The notes: a model not told the origin generated them from the sequence alone. Shown: positions 1-13,090, counted from the whole stretch's first letter. The stretch: DNA of 52,948 bases, filler included, from Squatina squatina (GCA_031763465.1; 3 parts of 3 records of this genome joined end to end with filler, not necessarily neighbours in it), one strand, 5' to 3'. Numbers and translations are program-made.

Positions 1-197
1 GTTAGGCCGGCATCTTTCCTTGTGGAATTAATTCTATATCCAGAGTTATGCATTGAGTAACTTCATATGCGTGCATGCACGTAGAGTTATATGCAGAATC
101 TTCTGCCATTTAGTGGCCTACAACTCATGAGTGATGCAGTTATAAGTGAGTTATAATGTAATTCACACATATTTAATGTTAATGATATCATTCATAA

Positions 198-390
198 GAA
201 CAGAAACTTCTGGAAATTCACAGCCGGTCAACAACTGAAGGAGAAAAGATAGCTTAAAATTTCAGGTGTAGAACCTTAGTCAGAATTCGATCTACACTTG
301 AAACGTTAACCCTTCTTTCCAGATGCTGGTAGATTGCTGTATATTTACTGTATTTTTTCTGTTTTTATTTCAGATTTCCAGCATTTGCAG
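198..390. mobile_element. Degenerate fold-back repeat, probably Penelope-like terminal sequence in inverted arrangement
   Basis: Left arm (aacagaaa..ctggaaat..tttcaggtgtaga) is roughly the reverse complement of the right arm (tctacacttgaaacgttaac..ttctgtt..tttccagcatt). Same motif family as 49731-49959 and 51620-51780. Confidence 0.5.
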
Positions 391-933
391 GTTTTTTTAT
401 CTCTACATGCTAACGTGAATGATACCATTAATGCATCAATTGCATGAGCTTGTTTTATTACTACTATGTTTTTTTGAGGAGAGGGGTTATCACGTTACAA
501 CAAATGTAATTAAATGTTGTACTCTGTGTGGGATATTGGGATCTAGAGTTTAGAAGGAACATAATGTGAGTTATTGAATAAAATTAAATGGAACAGGAGC
601 AATTCATGAACATGGAAGTTAAAAGTTATTTATCATAAGTGAAATCTTATTGTTGGTCACATTCTTATTAAGATATCCTAGATATTTTATGAAATAATAC
701 CACTCATTGGATAAACATGTGCATTTATGGATATAACATTTGTATATTTCTATACAAATTCACAATAGGTTAAGTCGCAGAAAGCAAGAAGCTTTCAGGT
801 GATATCATAAAACTGCTTGGACGAAGACCAATTGATTTACATATGTTCTCAACTTTAAATACTTCCTTTGACATTTGAAATTGTAAGTTTCTAGTGACCC
901 ACCAATATTTAGAGACACCTTCTTTCTTTGCAG

Positions 934-1001
934 GGTGCTTTCAGTGAGCACATTACAATTATTTGTCTTACTTGAGCCCATGGATGATACTGCACCACAA
1001 G
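934..1001 (+). CDS. Candidate internal exon of an unidentified gene (VLSVSTLQLFVLLEPMDDTAPQ)
   Basis: Strong pyrimidine tract cttctttctttgcag acceptor and AAG|gtttgt donor. Only one frame is open. No family recognised. Confidence 0.3.
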
Positions 1002-2004
1002 GTTTGTAGAATAGCAGTTACAAGGTTATTGCTTGTAGCGAAGCTCGTAGTAATTATGTAGTGGAAGTTCATTTTTCTTCCAATGTTCTTGCAGTTATTT
1101 TAAAATTATTTATCTTAATCTGCTTGAATGGTTCTCAGTTAAAGAGGTGGCTAATGACAAAAAAATCAATTATGGGTAGATAGAGCATTTAATAGTCTGT
1201 GTTAATGATGCATTTTAGACATAATTGTTTGTCATTTCCAGTACAGATATGATATTTTAATTCAGCATCTCTATTTACTTTGGTGATTTCTCGCATCAGA
1301 GTGATACAGAATACAATAATGGGAAATCAGTGAAATGACCAGAGCTGACTGTGTGAATACACTTCACTGCAGGATGACTGACAAGATCCTCTATAAACAC
1401 ACTCAAGTGTGCCTTAACATGAAACTTTATGAAGAATACGGTAAAAGATTTATAACAGTAACCCTTTGGAGACTTTGAAGCTTTTCTGCTGTAAAAATGT
1501 ATTTACTTTATTTTATGAAGAAAGTACTTTGAATTGGGGATTATTCTATAATATTCAGTATTAAAGAGTGTTATATAGAGGATAAGCAGTGGTTTTGGAT
1601 AATATGTAGCAGAAATGGCAAATTGTTTGTATGAAATTCATCTGTTTGCTAATTTAAAAGTAAACTGGTTAAAATAGCAGGAGACAAATTTCACAATATG
1701 CATCAATGTGTTTGTTACCAATGTTGCACGGTACAAATTCAACCCCTACAATTGGTCATTTTAAGCCCTTTCCAGCATTTTGAATGGAGTTAAATTTAAA
1801 AAAAAAACTTTTTGCAGAATGATACATGGGTTTAACAGGTTGGTGCAGGTGCACATTTTGTTCACGTGGCAGTGTAGATCGTACGTTGATAGTTATACAC
1901 AGTGNNNNNNNNNNNNNNNNNNNNNNNNNNNNNNNNNNNNNNNNNNNNNNNNNNNNNNNNNNNNNNNNNNNNNNNNNNNNNNNNNNNNNNNNNNNNNNNN
2001 NNNN

Positions 2005-2092
2005 GACGGTGGTTAGACTCTCGCTTGTGGGAGATAGTCATTGTCTGGCACTTTTGTGGTGCAAATGTTACTTTCTACTTATCAGCCCAAGC
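2005..2092 (-). mobile_element. CR1/L2-group LINE reverse transcriptase C-terminal fragment
   Basis: Reverse strand reads AWADK*KVTFAPQKCQTMTISHKRESNHR, matching the WAxxWxxxFxxxKC motif, with an in-frame stop. Confidence 0.7.
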
Positions 2093-2225
2093 TATCCCCC
2101 TAATTATTGAATCGCCTATGACCACTGCATTGCTATCTTTGTTGTGCCCTCTTAGCAGTTATTTGCCCCACGGTGCTGTGGATGTGATCTAGACTGCACT
2201 CCTGTAAGTGTCATCATTCTCACCA

Positions 2226-2560
2226 TTATTCAGAGTTGGCAACCTGTTTGAAAAGGCCACACTCCCGGAGGATTCCTGCACTGTCTACCTCTTCCTTTCC
2301 TACCAGGTTGCCAACTACTATCTTCCTGAACTTTCTGTCGCTGTGGTGTGACCACCTTCTGGAATGTGTGCTCCAGGAAATTCTCAGTCTCCTGCACCCC
2401 CTCCAGTAACTCCAGCTGCTCCTCAAGCTCAGAAACCCTGAGCTGGGGATTGAGCAACTGGAGGCACTTCCTGCACACATGGCTATCCAGGACACATGAT
2501 GCATCTGGAGTTCCCACATGGCACAGGAACTGCAGGCAATGGATCTCACCTCGCTGCTCC
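2226..2560 (-). mobile_element. CR1-type LINE ORF1 N-terminal relic (zinc finger/leucine zipper), frameshifted
   Basis: CSSCAMWE in one frame continues in another as HVCRKCLQLLNPQLRVSELEEQLELL: the CxxC..CxxC plus heptad leucine pattern of CR1 ORF1p. Confidence 0.7.
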
Positions 2561-2701
2561 TTCAAATCACTTTGGTGAGCGCAGAGGACTGCAGGCACTG
2601 GGCAATCTTACCAAGAGTCAGTACCTTTGAGAGAGTGATGGAGAAAAGCCCAGAGGTCCACCTGTCTCCAGCCAATGTTCAGGCACACGGCCCAACCTCA
2701 C

Positions 2702-2906
2702 CTGGACCCCGAGGGACAGCCGCGTCACTCCGGCCTCCTTGAACTCGGCCAGTCTGGAAACTGCGGCTGACGTGGGATTAGCCTCCATGCTGACCTCCAT
2801 GTTGTGAGGGACATGGGTCGCCCTGGCAACGGTCTCCAAGATGCTAGCGATGGTGGACGGCTGGGCCAAGCTTGGCGTTCCCCCACCGATAAACACCGAG
2901 GTGATC
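2702..2906 (-). CDS. RSAD1: Radical SAM domain-containing protein 1 (HemW/HemN-like), internal exon
   Basis: 205-nt exon bounded by ttgcag| and |gtgagg. Encodes [68 protein letters not shown] with the GGGTPS, EANP and GVxRLSxGxQ HemN-family motifs. Spliced, so nuclear rather than bacterial. Confidence 0.92.
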
Positions 2907-4669
2907 CTGCAAGTAATCCACAGTGAGCATGGCAGCACCGCTGGCAATCCCCATCCCCGCTGATAACCCCCACACCAACCCTGCCTCCGCCCCACCCCAG
3001 CACCGCGCCCACCCATCATACAGGCAGTCTTTACGGCAATTGTACAGTGTCCCGACCTGCTGCCTCGTTCCACAACCCCGCTCACTCCCGCGTGGCACAA
3101 TCCCTCATCCCACCTGATCGCTCGCTGGGACAGACTTCCTCTGGTCACGGATACCGGCAGCGAATGTTTGGAGATGACGGGGGAGCAGGGTCCTGCCCTC
3201 AGTGATCATCAGCACACACTCACTGGATAGGGGTCAGCAGCAAGAACCCCAGCTGATTCTTTATGACCCATGGTACAAGGGCAATGAGGCCAAGTATGGA
3301 GCCCTACAGCCAGTCTGGCTCAGATCAAAGGATCTGAAAGCGCCAAGCAACAAAGACACGGAGAAGCTAAAAACAAAAATTGCCTTTTTTATGCCTATCT
3401 TCTATTTTATATTGACAAAGCTAAAGAAGAGGCAACAAATTTAATTTATTATTCAATGTCACAGTAAATGCTCAGTTTTTGCTCATGCACGATAGGTCTG
3501 TGTCAAGTTTTACAGCTATGGGAATAAAATCTTGATTTTATCCCAGAAAATGTGTGTCTAGCTATAGTAAGGTAACAGTTTAAAATTTGGGGGGAAAAAG
3601 TTAACAGTTGAATTGCAGCTGATTTATCAACCCAATCTCTTTTGGACTCTGTTCTCACTCGCTATTCCTCATTTCTACTCCAGTGATTCTGTAGTCAGAT
3701 ACGAGCACAATGAGGTCTGTCAGAGACCCTGCCCCATTCCTGGCCACCTCCAAAGGCATTTNNNNNNNNNNNNNNNNNNNNNNNNNNNNNNNNNNNNNNN
3801 NNNNNNNNNNNNNNNNNNNNNNNNNNNNNNNNNNNNNNNNNNNNNNNNNNNNNNNNNNNNNATGTGATTGGAAATACAGTGTTATGAAATCCAGAGTGTT
3901 GCCAAAATCATCTCCTCAAATGCAAATGGATCAGAACAACAACAGCTAACATCCACTCTCCCTCCCAAAGGAGCAAAGAGATGAACAGGACTGAAAGGAC
4001 CACTGCAGTCCATTGAACCAGTCCCAGTGTCAACGATCCCTCTCACAGTCCTCTATCAATTCTTTCTCCAGTTACTTTACAACAGTGGCTACACTTCAAA
4101 AGTACTTTATTGGCTGTAAAGTGCTTTGGGACGTCCTGAGGTTATGAAAGGTGTCACATAAAGTTCTTCTCTTCTTTCTTACTTATCCATCTTACTCTTG
4201 AATTTACTCATTCAATCAGCCCCCAGTGCCTCCTTTAGGCAGTCCATTCTTTGCGAAATCAAGAAGATTGTGAAAATTAAATTGTGAGGGGAAAATAAGT
4301 CCAAATTAATTACAGTGAAGGGAAACAGACTCCAGGGCTTGTGTTCCTGTTGAGCACCTTTTAAAAAGGCAGCTTTACGCAGACTTTTATAATTAATTTT
4401 ATATTGGCTTTTCCCAGTCATTTATGGTGGTAGCAGAACTATTTAACAAAGTACGACAGCAATGTTTTTGGCTTCAAGCTTTTTCTTGGATATTTTCTTT
4501 GTGTATATATACAAAGATTCCACCAAATAATCTCAGATTTATGAGTTAACATGGAAAAAACTGCACTTCATACAGGAGAAGTCCAATCATAAGGTTGGAA
4601 CACTGATTTCAGAAAGCCACCACTCCAACATGTTATCCCGTAAATAATACAGAAATAAGCTAAGGGATG

Positions 4670-4855
4670 TAGAATCATAGATATTGCAGCAAGGAAGGCG
4701 GCCATTTGGCCCATTAGACCTGTGTCAATGCCAGCTTTTCAATTAGGTACTATCTCTTCTAATCCGATCCCCCTGTTTCCCCATATCCTTTCATGTTCTT
4801 CTTTTTCAAATATTTATCCAATTCCTTTTTAAAGGATGTTGTGGTTTGCCTCCAA
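4670..4855 (-). mobile_element. CR1-type LINE 3' end relic
   Basis: agaatcataga...ggccatttggccc...ccccatatcc, the same tail as other CR1 copies in the window (29188-, 42078-). Confidence 0.6.
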
Positions 4856-5150
4856 ATTAGGGCAGGTGACCAAAGGCTTGGTCAAAGAGGTAGGTTGTAA
4901 GGAGCCTCTTGAAGGAGGAAAGAGAGATCGAGAGGCGGAGAGGTTTAGGCAGGAAATTCCAGAGCTTAGGGCCTTGGCAAGAGAAGACACGGCGACCAGT
5001 GGTTGAGCGATTATAATCAGGGATGCTCAAGAGGGCAAAACTTGAGGAACGCAGACATCTCAGGGGGTTGTGGGGCTGAAGCAGATTAGAGAGATAGAGA
5101 GGGGTGAGGCCATGGAACAATTTGAAAATAAGGATGAGAATTTTGAAATA
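4856..5150 (-). mobile_element. L2 LINE ORF2 C-terminal fragment
   Basis: Translates as HGLTPLYLSNLLQPHNPLRCLRSS...GRRVFSCQGPKLWNFLPKPLR...FKRLLTTYLFDQAF, a typical L2 C-terminus. Confidence 0.85.
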
Positions 5151-7309
5151 ACCTAAATAATATCAGGAGACACTGTTGGCTCAGCATGGAGGCTTTGTGA
5201 AATGCTTCAATGCATATAGTTCAAATATACATTATTTTATTATTAATAGTATATTAATTAGAATGTATGCAAGTGTTGTTTTAATATTCATAAAAATGAT
5301 ACTCTCACCATTAAGACTGCAATTTCTTCTTGCATTCGCTTTGGATAAACATTCCATTAGTAGAGAAATGTGTCACTAAATAGAGTTCTTCAGTGTTATG
5401 AAATCCCATCTGTTAACAGGTGATTTGGTATTTCATACATTTTGAAATGTCTCCTCTGTCTTCATCCTTTTATGCAGAGAATTATTCTGTTGCAGTAGTG
5501 GAAGCAACTGGCTGCAAACAATGACCTATCCAACCCTGCATGCATGAGGTCGCTAATAAATCACACGTGAGCCCATGCCTCAGAATTTCATCAGCTATGC
5601 CAGCAATTTTGCACTGTCAGAATGTGAGATTAATGGGAAATACTATACGTGTTGTTGTGAAACAAATAAAGCATATAAGCACCAGTCCAGTCTCCTACAA
5701 GATGCAGGCTATTTGTCAGTAATTATACAGAATACAACAATGTTTGCACAATGTAAACATCAAGTCACACCATTTTACCTATTAGTCTTTTGTTAAACTT
5801 CTATAAACTGAAGTACAATAAGTGCACACCTATATTATGACTAGAGCTTTGTTGTAACCATTGCAAGCATATAAGTGCTAAAGTACATTACTTACATCCT
5901 CTAACAAAAACAAATCTTGAAAATCAAATCATACAGNNNNNNNNNNNNNNNNNNNNNNNNNNNNNNNNNNNNNNNNNNNNNNNNNNNNNNNNNNNNNNNN
6001 NNNNNNNNNNNNNNNNNNNNNNNNNNNNNNNNNNNNGCCAAGAACAAATTTCCTTCATCTTTAACTGCGTTTCTGTGCTGTGTGATAAATGCATTTTTTC
6101 ATGCTTACTTATAGTTTTTAAAACCAATATCCATTGCGGTATCAAATGCACACTGCTGAATTGCATATTGTATTCATACTACATGGTCTAAAACCTGACC
6201 GACTCTGACAGCTACATTAAGAAAAATGTTTCCAACTAAAAATCACTTTTTGGGGAAATTATTACAATTCAATCTTGAGAAATGCATAATTTGTTTTGCA
6301 AAGTGATGTTTATGCTTTTGGTCAGAATTCGTAGAAGCTAGAGAAAAACACAACCGATTTGCAAATCTTTTACCACAGCCCATTTAATCGTTCATTCAAT
6401 AATTCAGTCAAAACCAAAGCAACACAAAATTACTGGCAAGACCAGAAATTTTGCACAAGTGTGATTAGACAGCTGAACGTACAATGAGACAATGGATAGG
6501 TGCTGCTCATTGAAAAGCGGAGACTTGGATTAGGATTTTGTTTCAATATTTTGTTTGGATTAGGAGTTCTAAACAATGAGAGTGAATGGAAAGAGGTTTG
6601 ATCACCTAGAACTCTTAAGGGGTAAGAATTCCTTTGGCTGCTACATGTATCATAAATACAGTCATATTATTTCCTGTTTGTTAATTCTAGCAAAATCATA
6701 AACACTTTCCTTTACAGCATGTTTACAATTTCGTTAGAAGTAACAAATAAAAAAAAGTCTTCACAAATTCACTTCGAATTTTGCAACCAGAGGAAATCTT
6801 AGCCGGTGTTCCAGAGATTGATTTTTGTTTGGAAAGTGATTAAAATCTACAGGTTAATTTTTCTCTGATTTTCTTTCAGTTAAATATATACCAACTTTGC
6901 CATTATCTTTCTCTGAGAAATACAAATAACTAGGATACAAGGTGCAAAGTAAAAACATGAATAATTCTTAAAATACTGGAAATCCACAGAAAGGACGAGG
7001 TTATTGTTTTGGGTGTATTGGTCTGATAAAGGATTATATACCTGAAANNNNNNNNNNTCCTTTTAAACATTGATAGACCTGATATACATTTCCAGCATTT
7101 TCTGCCTTAAAGCTGGAATATAAAATGTACAATGTGCCACATGGAATAAAAGCCAGACTGCTGCAGAGTATAACTTCAATTACACTGATTCCTAACACTA
7201 AAGTATAGGGACAAATAACAAAAATGAATAATTCTGCATGTATTGCTTATAAGGATAATATACTCAACACAAATTCTGAAGATTCACAGCAAAATTGTCC
7301 CTTTTCATA

Positions 7310-7879
7310 GGCAGGAATCTTTTCGCCCGGGGGCGGGGGAGAATGCTACTGCCTCCTGGGAAATTGCCTGGGAGTTAGCGCCCCGAGCCATTGGACAACC
7401 GGTGATGACCTCTCACTGCCCCGCAGTGACGCCTTAACGCCGTGCAGGGGAAATTAACCCGCGGGCCGCGAGGCTGGTGTGAGTGGCTGTCAATGCCAGC
7501 TTCGCAGGTCGCAAAGCTGGCTAATATCCACTCTCAGGGCATTACCGGGCTGGCATCTTTCTTTGCCTGCTGACTCTCGGGTCGGCCCTACGATAGCAGC
7601 CCTAGCGTGGTCCGGGCCACCGTCGTGCAGCCTGGCACTCCGCCTTAGGTGCTGGGCTGCAGGCCCAGTCACACGCTGCCCTGGTGGCCCAGTGGAGGCC
7701 ATCAGAGGTCTTGCAGAGTGCGCAGCGATCTTCCCCTTTAAATGAAAGGGAGGGGCGATTGAAGCGCATCAGCGCCCCAGTAACCGGCCCCAAAGGAAGT
7801 GCAGCACGTGAGATTCCGCTCCGCTTTCTTTGAGGGGTAGTAAGGGCATTTCCACAGCTGGGGCGGGACATCTGCACCG
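7310..7879. mobile_element. GC/CpG-rich non-autonomous DNA element arm (Harbinger-like)
   Basis: Abrupt GC-rich block in AT-rich DNA starting gg..gaatcttt. Resembles blocks at 30409, 36171 and 48353. No recognisable coding frame. Confidence 0.4.
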
Positions 7880-9140
7880 NNNNNNNNNNNNNNNNNNNNN
7901 NNNNNNNNNNNNNNNNNNNNNNNNNNNNNNNNNNNNNNNNNNNNNNNNNNNNNNNNNNNNNNNNNNNNNNNNNNNNNNNGTTGTCCTCAGTCATGCTCAG
8001 GTAGGTGTGCCAAGGTTTGCTGATACAGTCTGTTGTTTGCTTATTTCCCTGGTATACCTTATTTCATCTTGTAGCACATTAACCAGGAATTATTGTATTT
8101 GAGGCACTTAAAAAATAAGTGTTTTAATAAAAAAAGTCTGCCTCGATTTGTTAAAATTAAAATACCAAAATTATGGAAATAATCTGTAATAATAGCAACT
8201 TTGTACTAAAATGTAACCTAAGTATTGAAAAAAAAGTGCAAAGCCTTTGACAATGTAATCATTCCTGTACCCATAGAGCTTCCCAAGTTATCAAAAAAGT
8301 GCTATGTGCTCACTTGCATGAAATCTGGCCTTAATGAGGCTAGTGCATACCTGGGTTGTAGACCTCAGCACTTTCCCACCACATTAAACTGCAGTAGAGG
8401 TGTACCACAGGCCGAGGGCAATGGCCCCAGAAAATACAACAAGCTGGTACCCATAGCGCAAAGGAGCATATTATCAGCCCCCAAGCTGTAATCTCTGTTC
8501 GAATTGGGAAGCTGACTTGAAGGCAACTATGCTTTGCAAAAAAAAAATCACTATCCTGAAACCAACTCACATTTTTAAACTCAAATTAATGCTTCTACAA
8601 AATGTAATTAAGAGACTTGGTCAATGCACAGACAAATATTAAAGTGCTTGATAACTGGAGGCACCATTTCTCTTCATGAGAGGCACATTCCATTGCTTCT
8701 TGTAAGTTAAACAATAGAAAATTAGCCTGCGATTTTCACAATAAGCAGTTTGTTATTTTAGTATAATGGAAATGTCATGCTATTTACTAAGTGAATCGGC
8801 AAACTGGAGTTTTATTTTAATCATAAACAGAATGTAATACGCTCCAGAATAAAAAAAGACAGAAAACACACATCAAGTCTATCAACATCTGTGAAGAGAA
8901 AAATGGGCGAATATTTCGGGAACAGAGCCTGCATCAGAACCGAAAGTAGTGGCAAAGATTCTACACCCAAAACATTGGGGTAGATTTTTAATTTGTCACA
9001 CTGGCATAAAACTGGCATTGCAGATTGACCACCGTTATGGNNNNNNNNNNNNNNNNNNNNNNNNNNNNNNNNNNNNNNNNNNNNNNNNNNNNNNNNNNNN
9101 NNNNNNNNNNNNNNNNNNNNNNNNNNNNNNNNNNNNNNNN

Positions 9141-9500
9141 AGCGAGAAGGTGCCGTGGGAAGGTGCCACGGGAAGGTGTATCGAGAAGGTGCCGTGGGAA
9201 GGTGCCACGGGAAGGTACCGCGGGAAGGTGTAGCGAGAAGGTGCCGTGGGAAAGTGCCGTGGGAAGGTGCCACGGGAAGGTGTAGCGAGAAGGTGCCGTG
9301 GGAAGGTGCCGTGGGAAGGTGCCACGGGAGGTGCCGTGGGAAGGTGCAGTGGGAAGGTGCCACGGGAAGGTGTAGCGAGATGGTGCCACGGGAAGGTGTA
9401 GCGAGATGGTGCCACGGGAAGGTGTAGCGAGAAGGTACCGCGGGAAGGTGCCACGGGAAGGTGCCACGGGAAGGTGCAGTGGGAAGGTGCACTGGGAAGG
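9141..9500. repeat. G-rich minisatellite, 13-bp unit G(G/A)GAAGGTG(CCAC/CCGT/TAGC) with 39-bp higher-order structure
   Basis: Units GAGAAGGTGCCGT, GGGAAGGTGCCAC and GGGAAGGTGTAGC are visible directly and run into the gap at 9140. Confidence 0.95.
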
Positions 9501-9569
9501 GGAGGGGTTTTGAGGTGATTGACTGAATCTAACCCCTTCCCATATCTAATATTTTTGGGTCCCTTGCAC

Positions 9570-9838
9570 ATCCGCCACTACCTTCATTCCACCAATAGTG
9601 CCGGTGCCTTCAGTTGCCTGGGTGATAAGCTGGAGAATTCCCTCCCTAAACTCCGCCTCTCTACCTTTTCCTGCTTCACGATGCTCCTTAAGACGTACCT
9701 ATTTGTCTAAGCTTTTGGCCCCCTGTCCTAATCTCTCTTTATATGGCTTAATGTCAAATTTTGTTTGTTAACGCTCCTGTGAATCACCTTGGAATGTTTT
9801 ACAACGTTAAAGGAGCTATATACATGCAACTTGTTGCG
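9570..9838 (+). mobile_element. L2 LINE 3' end
   Basis: AFSCLGDKLENSLPKLRLSTFSCFTMLLKTYLF followed by the L2 tail ctcctgtgaa..ccttgg..tgtttt..acgttaaagg.gctat. Confidence 0.8.
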
Positions 9839-9849
9839 ATTGGTCTCTG

Positions 9850-10038
9850 TCCTCAAGGAATAATACTCGGTCTGGTTTCTGGCACTCTCTGATATTATGA
9901 GCCAGCTTTTCAGATATGAGAAGAGAATGGTTTTACATTCCTGTAACATGCTCTGAAGCTTCTTTTTCATCGTTTTTATCATGGAATTATTAATGGTTCC
10001 AATAAGATCATTGATGTGAATCTCGATAAAAGAAGCAA
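9850..10038 (-). CDS. Candidate exon of an unidentified gene (ASFIEIHINDLIGTINNSMIKTMKKKLQSMLQECKTILFSYLKSW...)
   Basis: Pyrimidine-rich acceptor ...cacatatgtccatag| followed by one open frame in AT-rich DNA. No clear donor and no family recognised. Confidence 0.2.
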
Positions 10039-10078
10039 CTATGGACATATGTGAGGGAAGATAAATTGGAGGGATTCA

Positions 10079-11500
10079 GATCACAGACTGACTGGAGCTA
10101 TGATCCAGACAGCGACTGACTGGCGCTATGATCCAGACACAGACTGACTGGAGCTATGATCCAGACAGACTGACTGGAGCTGTGATCAAGACACAGACTG
10201 ATTGGAGCTGTGATCCAGAAAATGACTGACTGGAGCTATGATCCAGACACAGACACAGACACAGACTGACTGGAGCTATGATCCAGAAAATGGCTGACTG
10301 GAGCTATGATACAGGTCACAGACTGACTGGAGCTACGATCCAGACACAGACTGACTGGAGCTATGATCCACTCACAGACACAGCCTGACTGGAGCTGTGA
10401 TCCAGACACAGACTGACTGGAGCTGTGATCCAGACACAGACATAGACTGACTGGAGCTATGATCCAGTCACAGACACAGACTGACTGGAGCTGTGATCCA
10501 GACATAGACACAGACTGACTGGCGCTGTGATCCAGACACAGACTGACTTGCACTGTGACCCAGACACAGACGGACTGGAACTTTGATCCAGACAGAGATT
10601 GACTGGAGCTGTGACCCAGACTGACTGGAGCTGTGATCCAGGCACAGACAGACTGGAGCTATGATCCAGTCACAGACAGAGACTGACTGGAGCTATGATC
10701 CAGACACAGACTGACTGGAGCTGTGATCATGAAGCAGACTGACTGGAACTATGATCCAGACACAGACACGGACTGACTGGAGCTATGATCCAGACACAGA
10801 TTCAGACTGACTGGACCTGTGAGCCAGACACAGATTCAGACTGACTGGACCTGTGAGGCAGACACAGACTGACTGGAGCTGTGATCTAGACACAGACTGA
10901 CAGGAGATATGATCCAGACACAGATTGACTGGAGCTGTGATACAGAAACAGACACAGACTGACTGGAGCTATGATCCAGATCCAGACACAGACTGACTGA
11001 AGCTGTGATCCAGACACAGACACAGACTGACTGGAGCTATGATTCAGACACGGACTGACTGGAGCTATGATCCAGTCATAGACACAGACTGACTGGAGCT
11101 GTGATCCAGTCGCAGACTGACTGGAGCTATGATCCAGACACAGACTGACTGGAGCTATGATCCAGACACAGACTGACTAGAACTGTGTTCCAGACACAGA
11201 CACAGACTGACTGGAGCTGTGATCCAGACACAGACACAGACTGACTGGAGCTATGATCCAGACACAGACTGACTGGAGCTGGGATACAGACACAGACACA
11301 GACTGACAGGAGCTGTGATCCAGACACTGATTCAGACTGACTGGACCTGTGATTCAGACACAGACGGACTGTAGCTCTGATCCAGACACAGACTGACTGG
11401 AGCTGTGATCCAGACACAGACTGACTGGTGCTATGATCCAGTCACAGACTGACTGGAGCTATGATCCAGACCCAGACTGACTAGTGCTGTGATCCAGACT
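10079..11500. repeat. Minisatellite array, 28-bp core GACACAGACTGACTGGAGCT(A/G)TGATCCA with optional GACACA 6-bp insertions
   Basis: About 1.4 kb of head-to-tail units with no unique spacers. Explains the repetitive ORFs at 10236-11417. Confidence 0.97.
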
Positions 11501-12824
11501 TCAGTGGAACATACAAGTACAAGTACACAGACTGATTAATGGCCTGTCACTTTATTTGTTGATTAGTGAATTATTTATACTTATAACTGTTTAATAATTC
11601 AGAACTGATAACTTTACAAAATTACAGCTCAAAGCAAAATAGAAAGCAGTAAGACTCAAATGTGATCAATGTCCTTGTGCTTGGCGTACCTTTTCTGAGT
11701 GGTTTCTGCTGATCCTTCTCAGTATTGGGAAACACAAGCCGATTCCATAACAGGGATCGGAGGTTATATTTCAAATTACACTCATAATATTCAGCAATGA
11801 TAACCGCATGATAATTAATTCCGGACATTACATGCGTGTGGCATTTTAGAATTTCTTTTCTTTTCAAACTGATGTAAAGAATTGTACTTTTATTAATTTC
11901 GTAATTGACATGATTCAGACCCAAAGGTAATTTGTTTTCTTACTGTGCTAATTGTTTAAAGTAATTGGGTAATTCAATGTTGGTTGAAATTACCTTACAT
12001 TAAAGAACATCCCAGAATTCAAATACTGGGGGGAAAAAAATCATTCCTGCAGTTAGTAATACCCACAACATCTGCATATACATTTACTGCACAGGTACCT
12101 ATTGTTTAAGTGCAATAAATACTGCTCAGAATGTAAAACTTTATTTATTTGAACTCTAACTTTGGTTTCTCGTTATCTTTTAAAGACCTTTATGTTATCT
12201 ACTCTTTTACTGGTATTAAATTGAAATATGTTACTCAGTAGAAGTCAGACTGGCTCATTTTAATGTCTGGTGATGTGGTTGAGCATTGTTCCAGTTATGT
12301 TAACTTCATTAATTGCTTCAGATACAATTCTTCAGTAGATATGAAACTTAACAAGTTTAATCAGAAATGTAAAGTGTATACTGTCGGTACCAATTTTTTC
12401 TCACCGAACTCATCTATTATATATTATAAATGTTTTTATCTATTTGTGAAGTAAAACTACTATATATAAAACATCTGCTGTTGTCCATTACTCATACTAC
12501 AGCACAAGGTAAAACATCAAAAAAATAGCCAGAGGCAAACCTTGCACCTGGTGAAAGCCTACTGGAGCAGTGTGAAATTGTAGAGGCAATCTGCTCTTTG
12601 ACCTTGCTAAATTTGAGTTCTGTTATTCTGCTGTAGGGAAAAGACAAGCATTATGCTTTGAGGATTTAATGACCTTTATGCTAATTGTTCAGACGGAGAT
12701 GTGAAGTGTGTGGAGTGTGTGAGGAGGCCCCCTGTGCGTTCTGTGCACTGGGACTCCTTGAAGATGAATCTCTTCACAACAGCTGGGGCTGTGTGAGGCA
12801 GTACCATTCTCAAATTAGTATCAC

Positions 12825-12862
12825 TCAGATCACTGGCATCTGACAGTCAGATTGGAACTGGT
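12825..12862 (-). CDS. Candidate terminal coding exon of an unidentified gene (DQFQSDCQMPVI*)
   Basis: Acceptor ttgttgtttgtgatttgcag|. Phase-1 compatible with the 39-nt exon at 13091-13129. TGA at 12825-12827. Confidence 0.5.
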
Positions 12863-13090
12863 CTGCAAATCACAAACAACAATCTATGTATATAGATACA
12901 GATATATATAGATATACAGTATATAGAACTGCCCAGAGCAAAGCACTGCCACCTCTTTCCAGCAATTAACCTGAACAGCCCCATCTTCTACTCTTGGTAG
13001 ATCGATTCAACGTGTAGAAAAAGGAAACCGAAGGAATGCCACGTTATCAACTCAATAACCTTAACTCCAATCATTTGATCAAAAGCTCAC

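Noticed and set aside
2618-3148. Bacterial hemN/hemW contamination or horizontal transfer
   Set aside because: Homology is bounded exactly by AG/GT splice sites and the contig carries vertebrate LINE relics. It is nuclear RSAD1.
3114-3222. Possible RSAD1 exon 2 (ITEGRTLL resembles VTEAQTLL)
   Set aside because: No CxxxCxxC motif, and the frame compatible with the next exon has a stop and no similarity.
8821-9571. Pro/Thr-rich repetitive ORFs
   Set aside because: Translations of the 13-bp minisatellite, open in several frames.
10079-11500. CRISPR-like array of roughly 30-bp repeats
   Set aside because: Units are head-to-tail with no unique spacers, there are no cas genes, and the context is vertebrate. 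It is a minisatellite.
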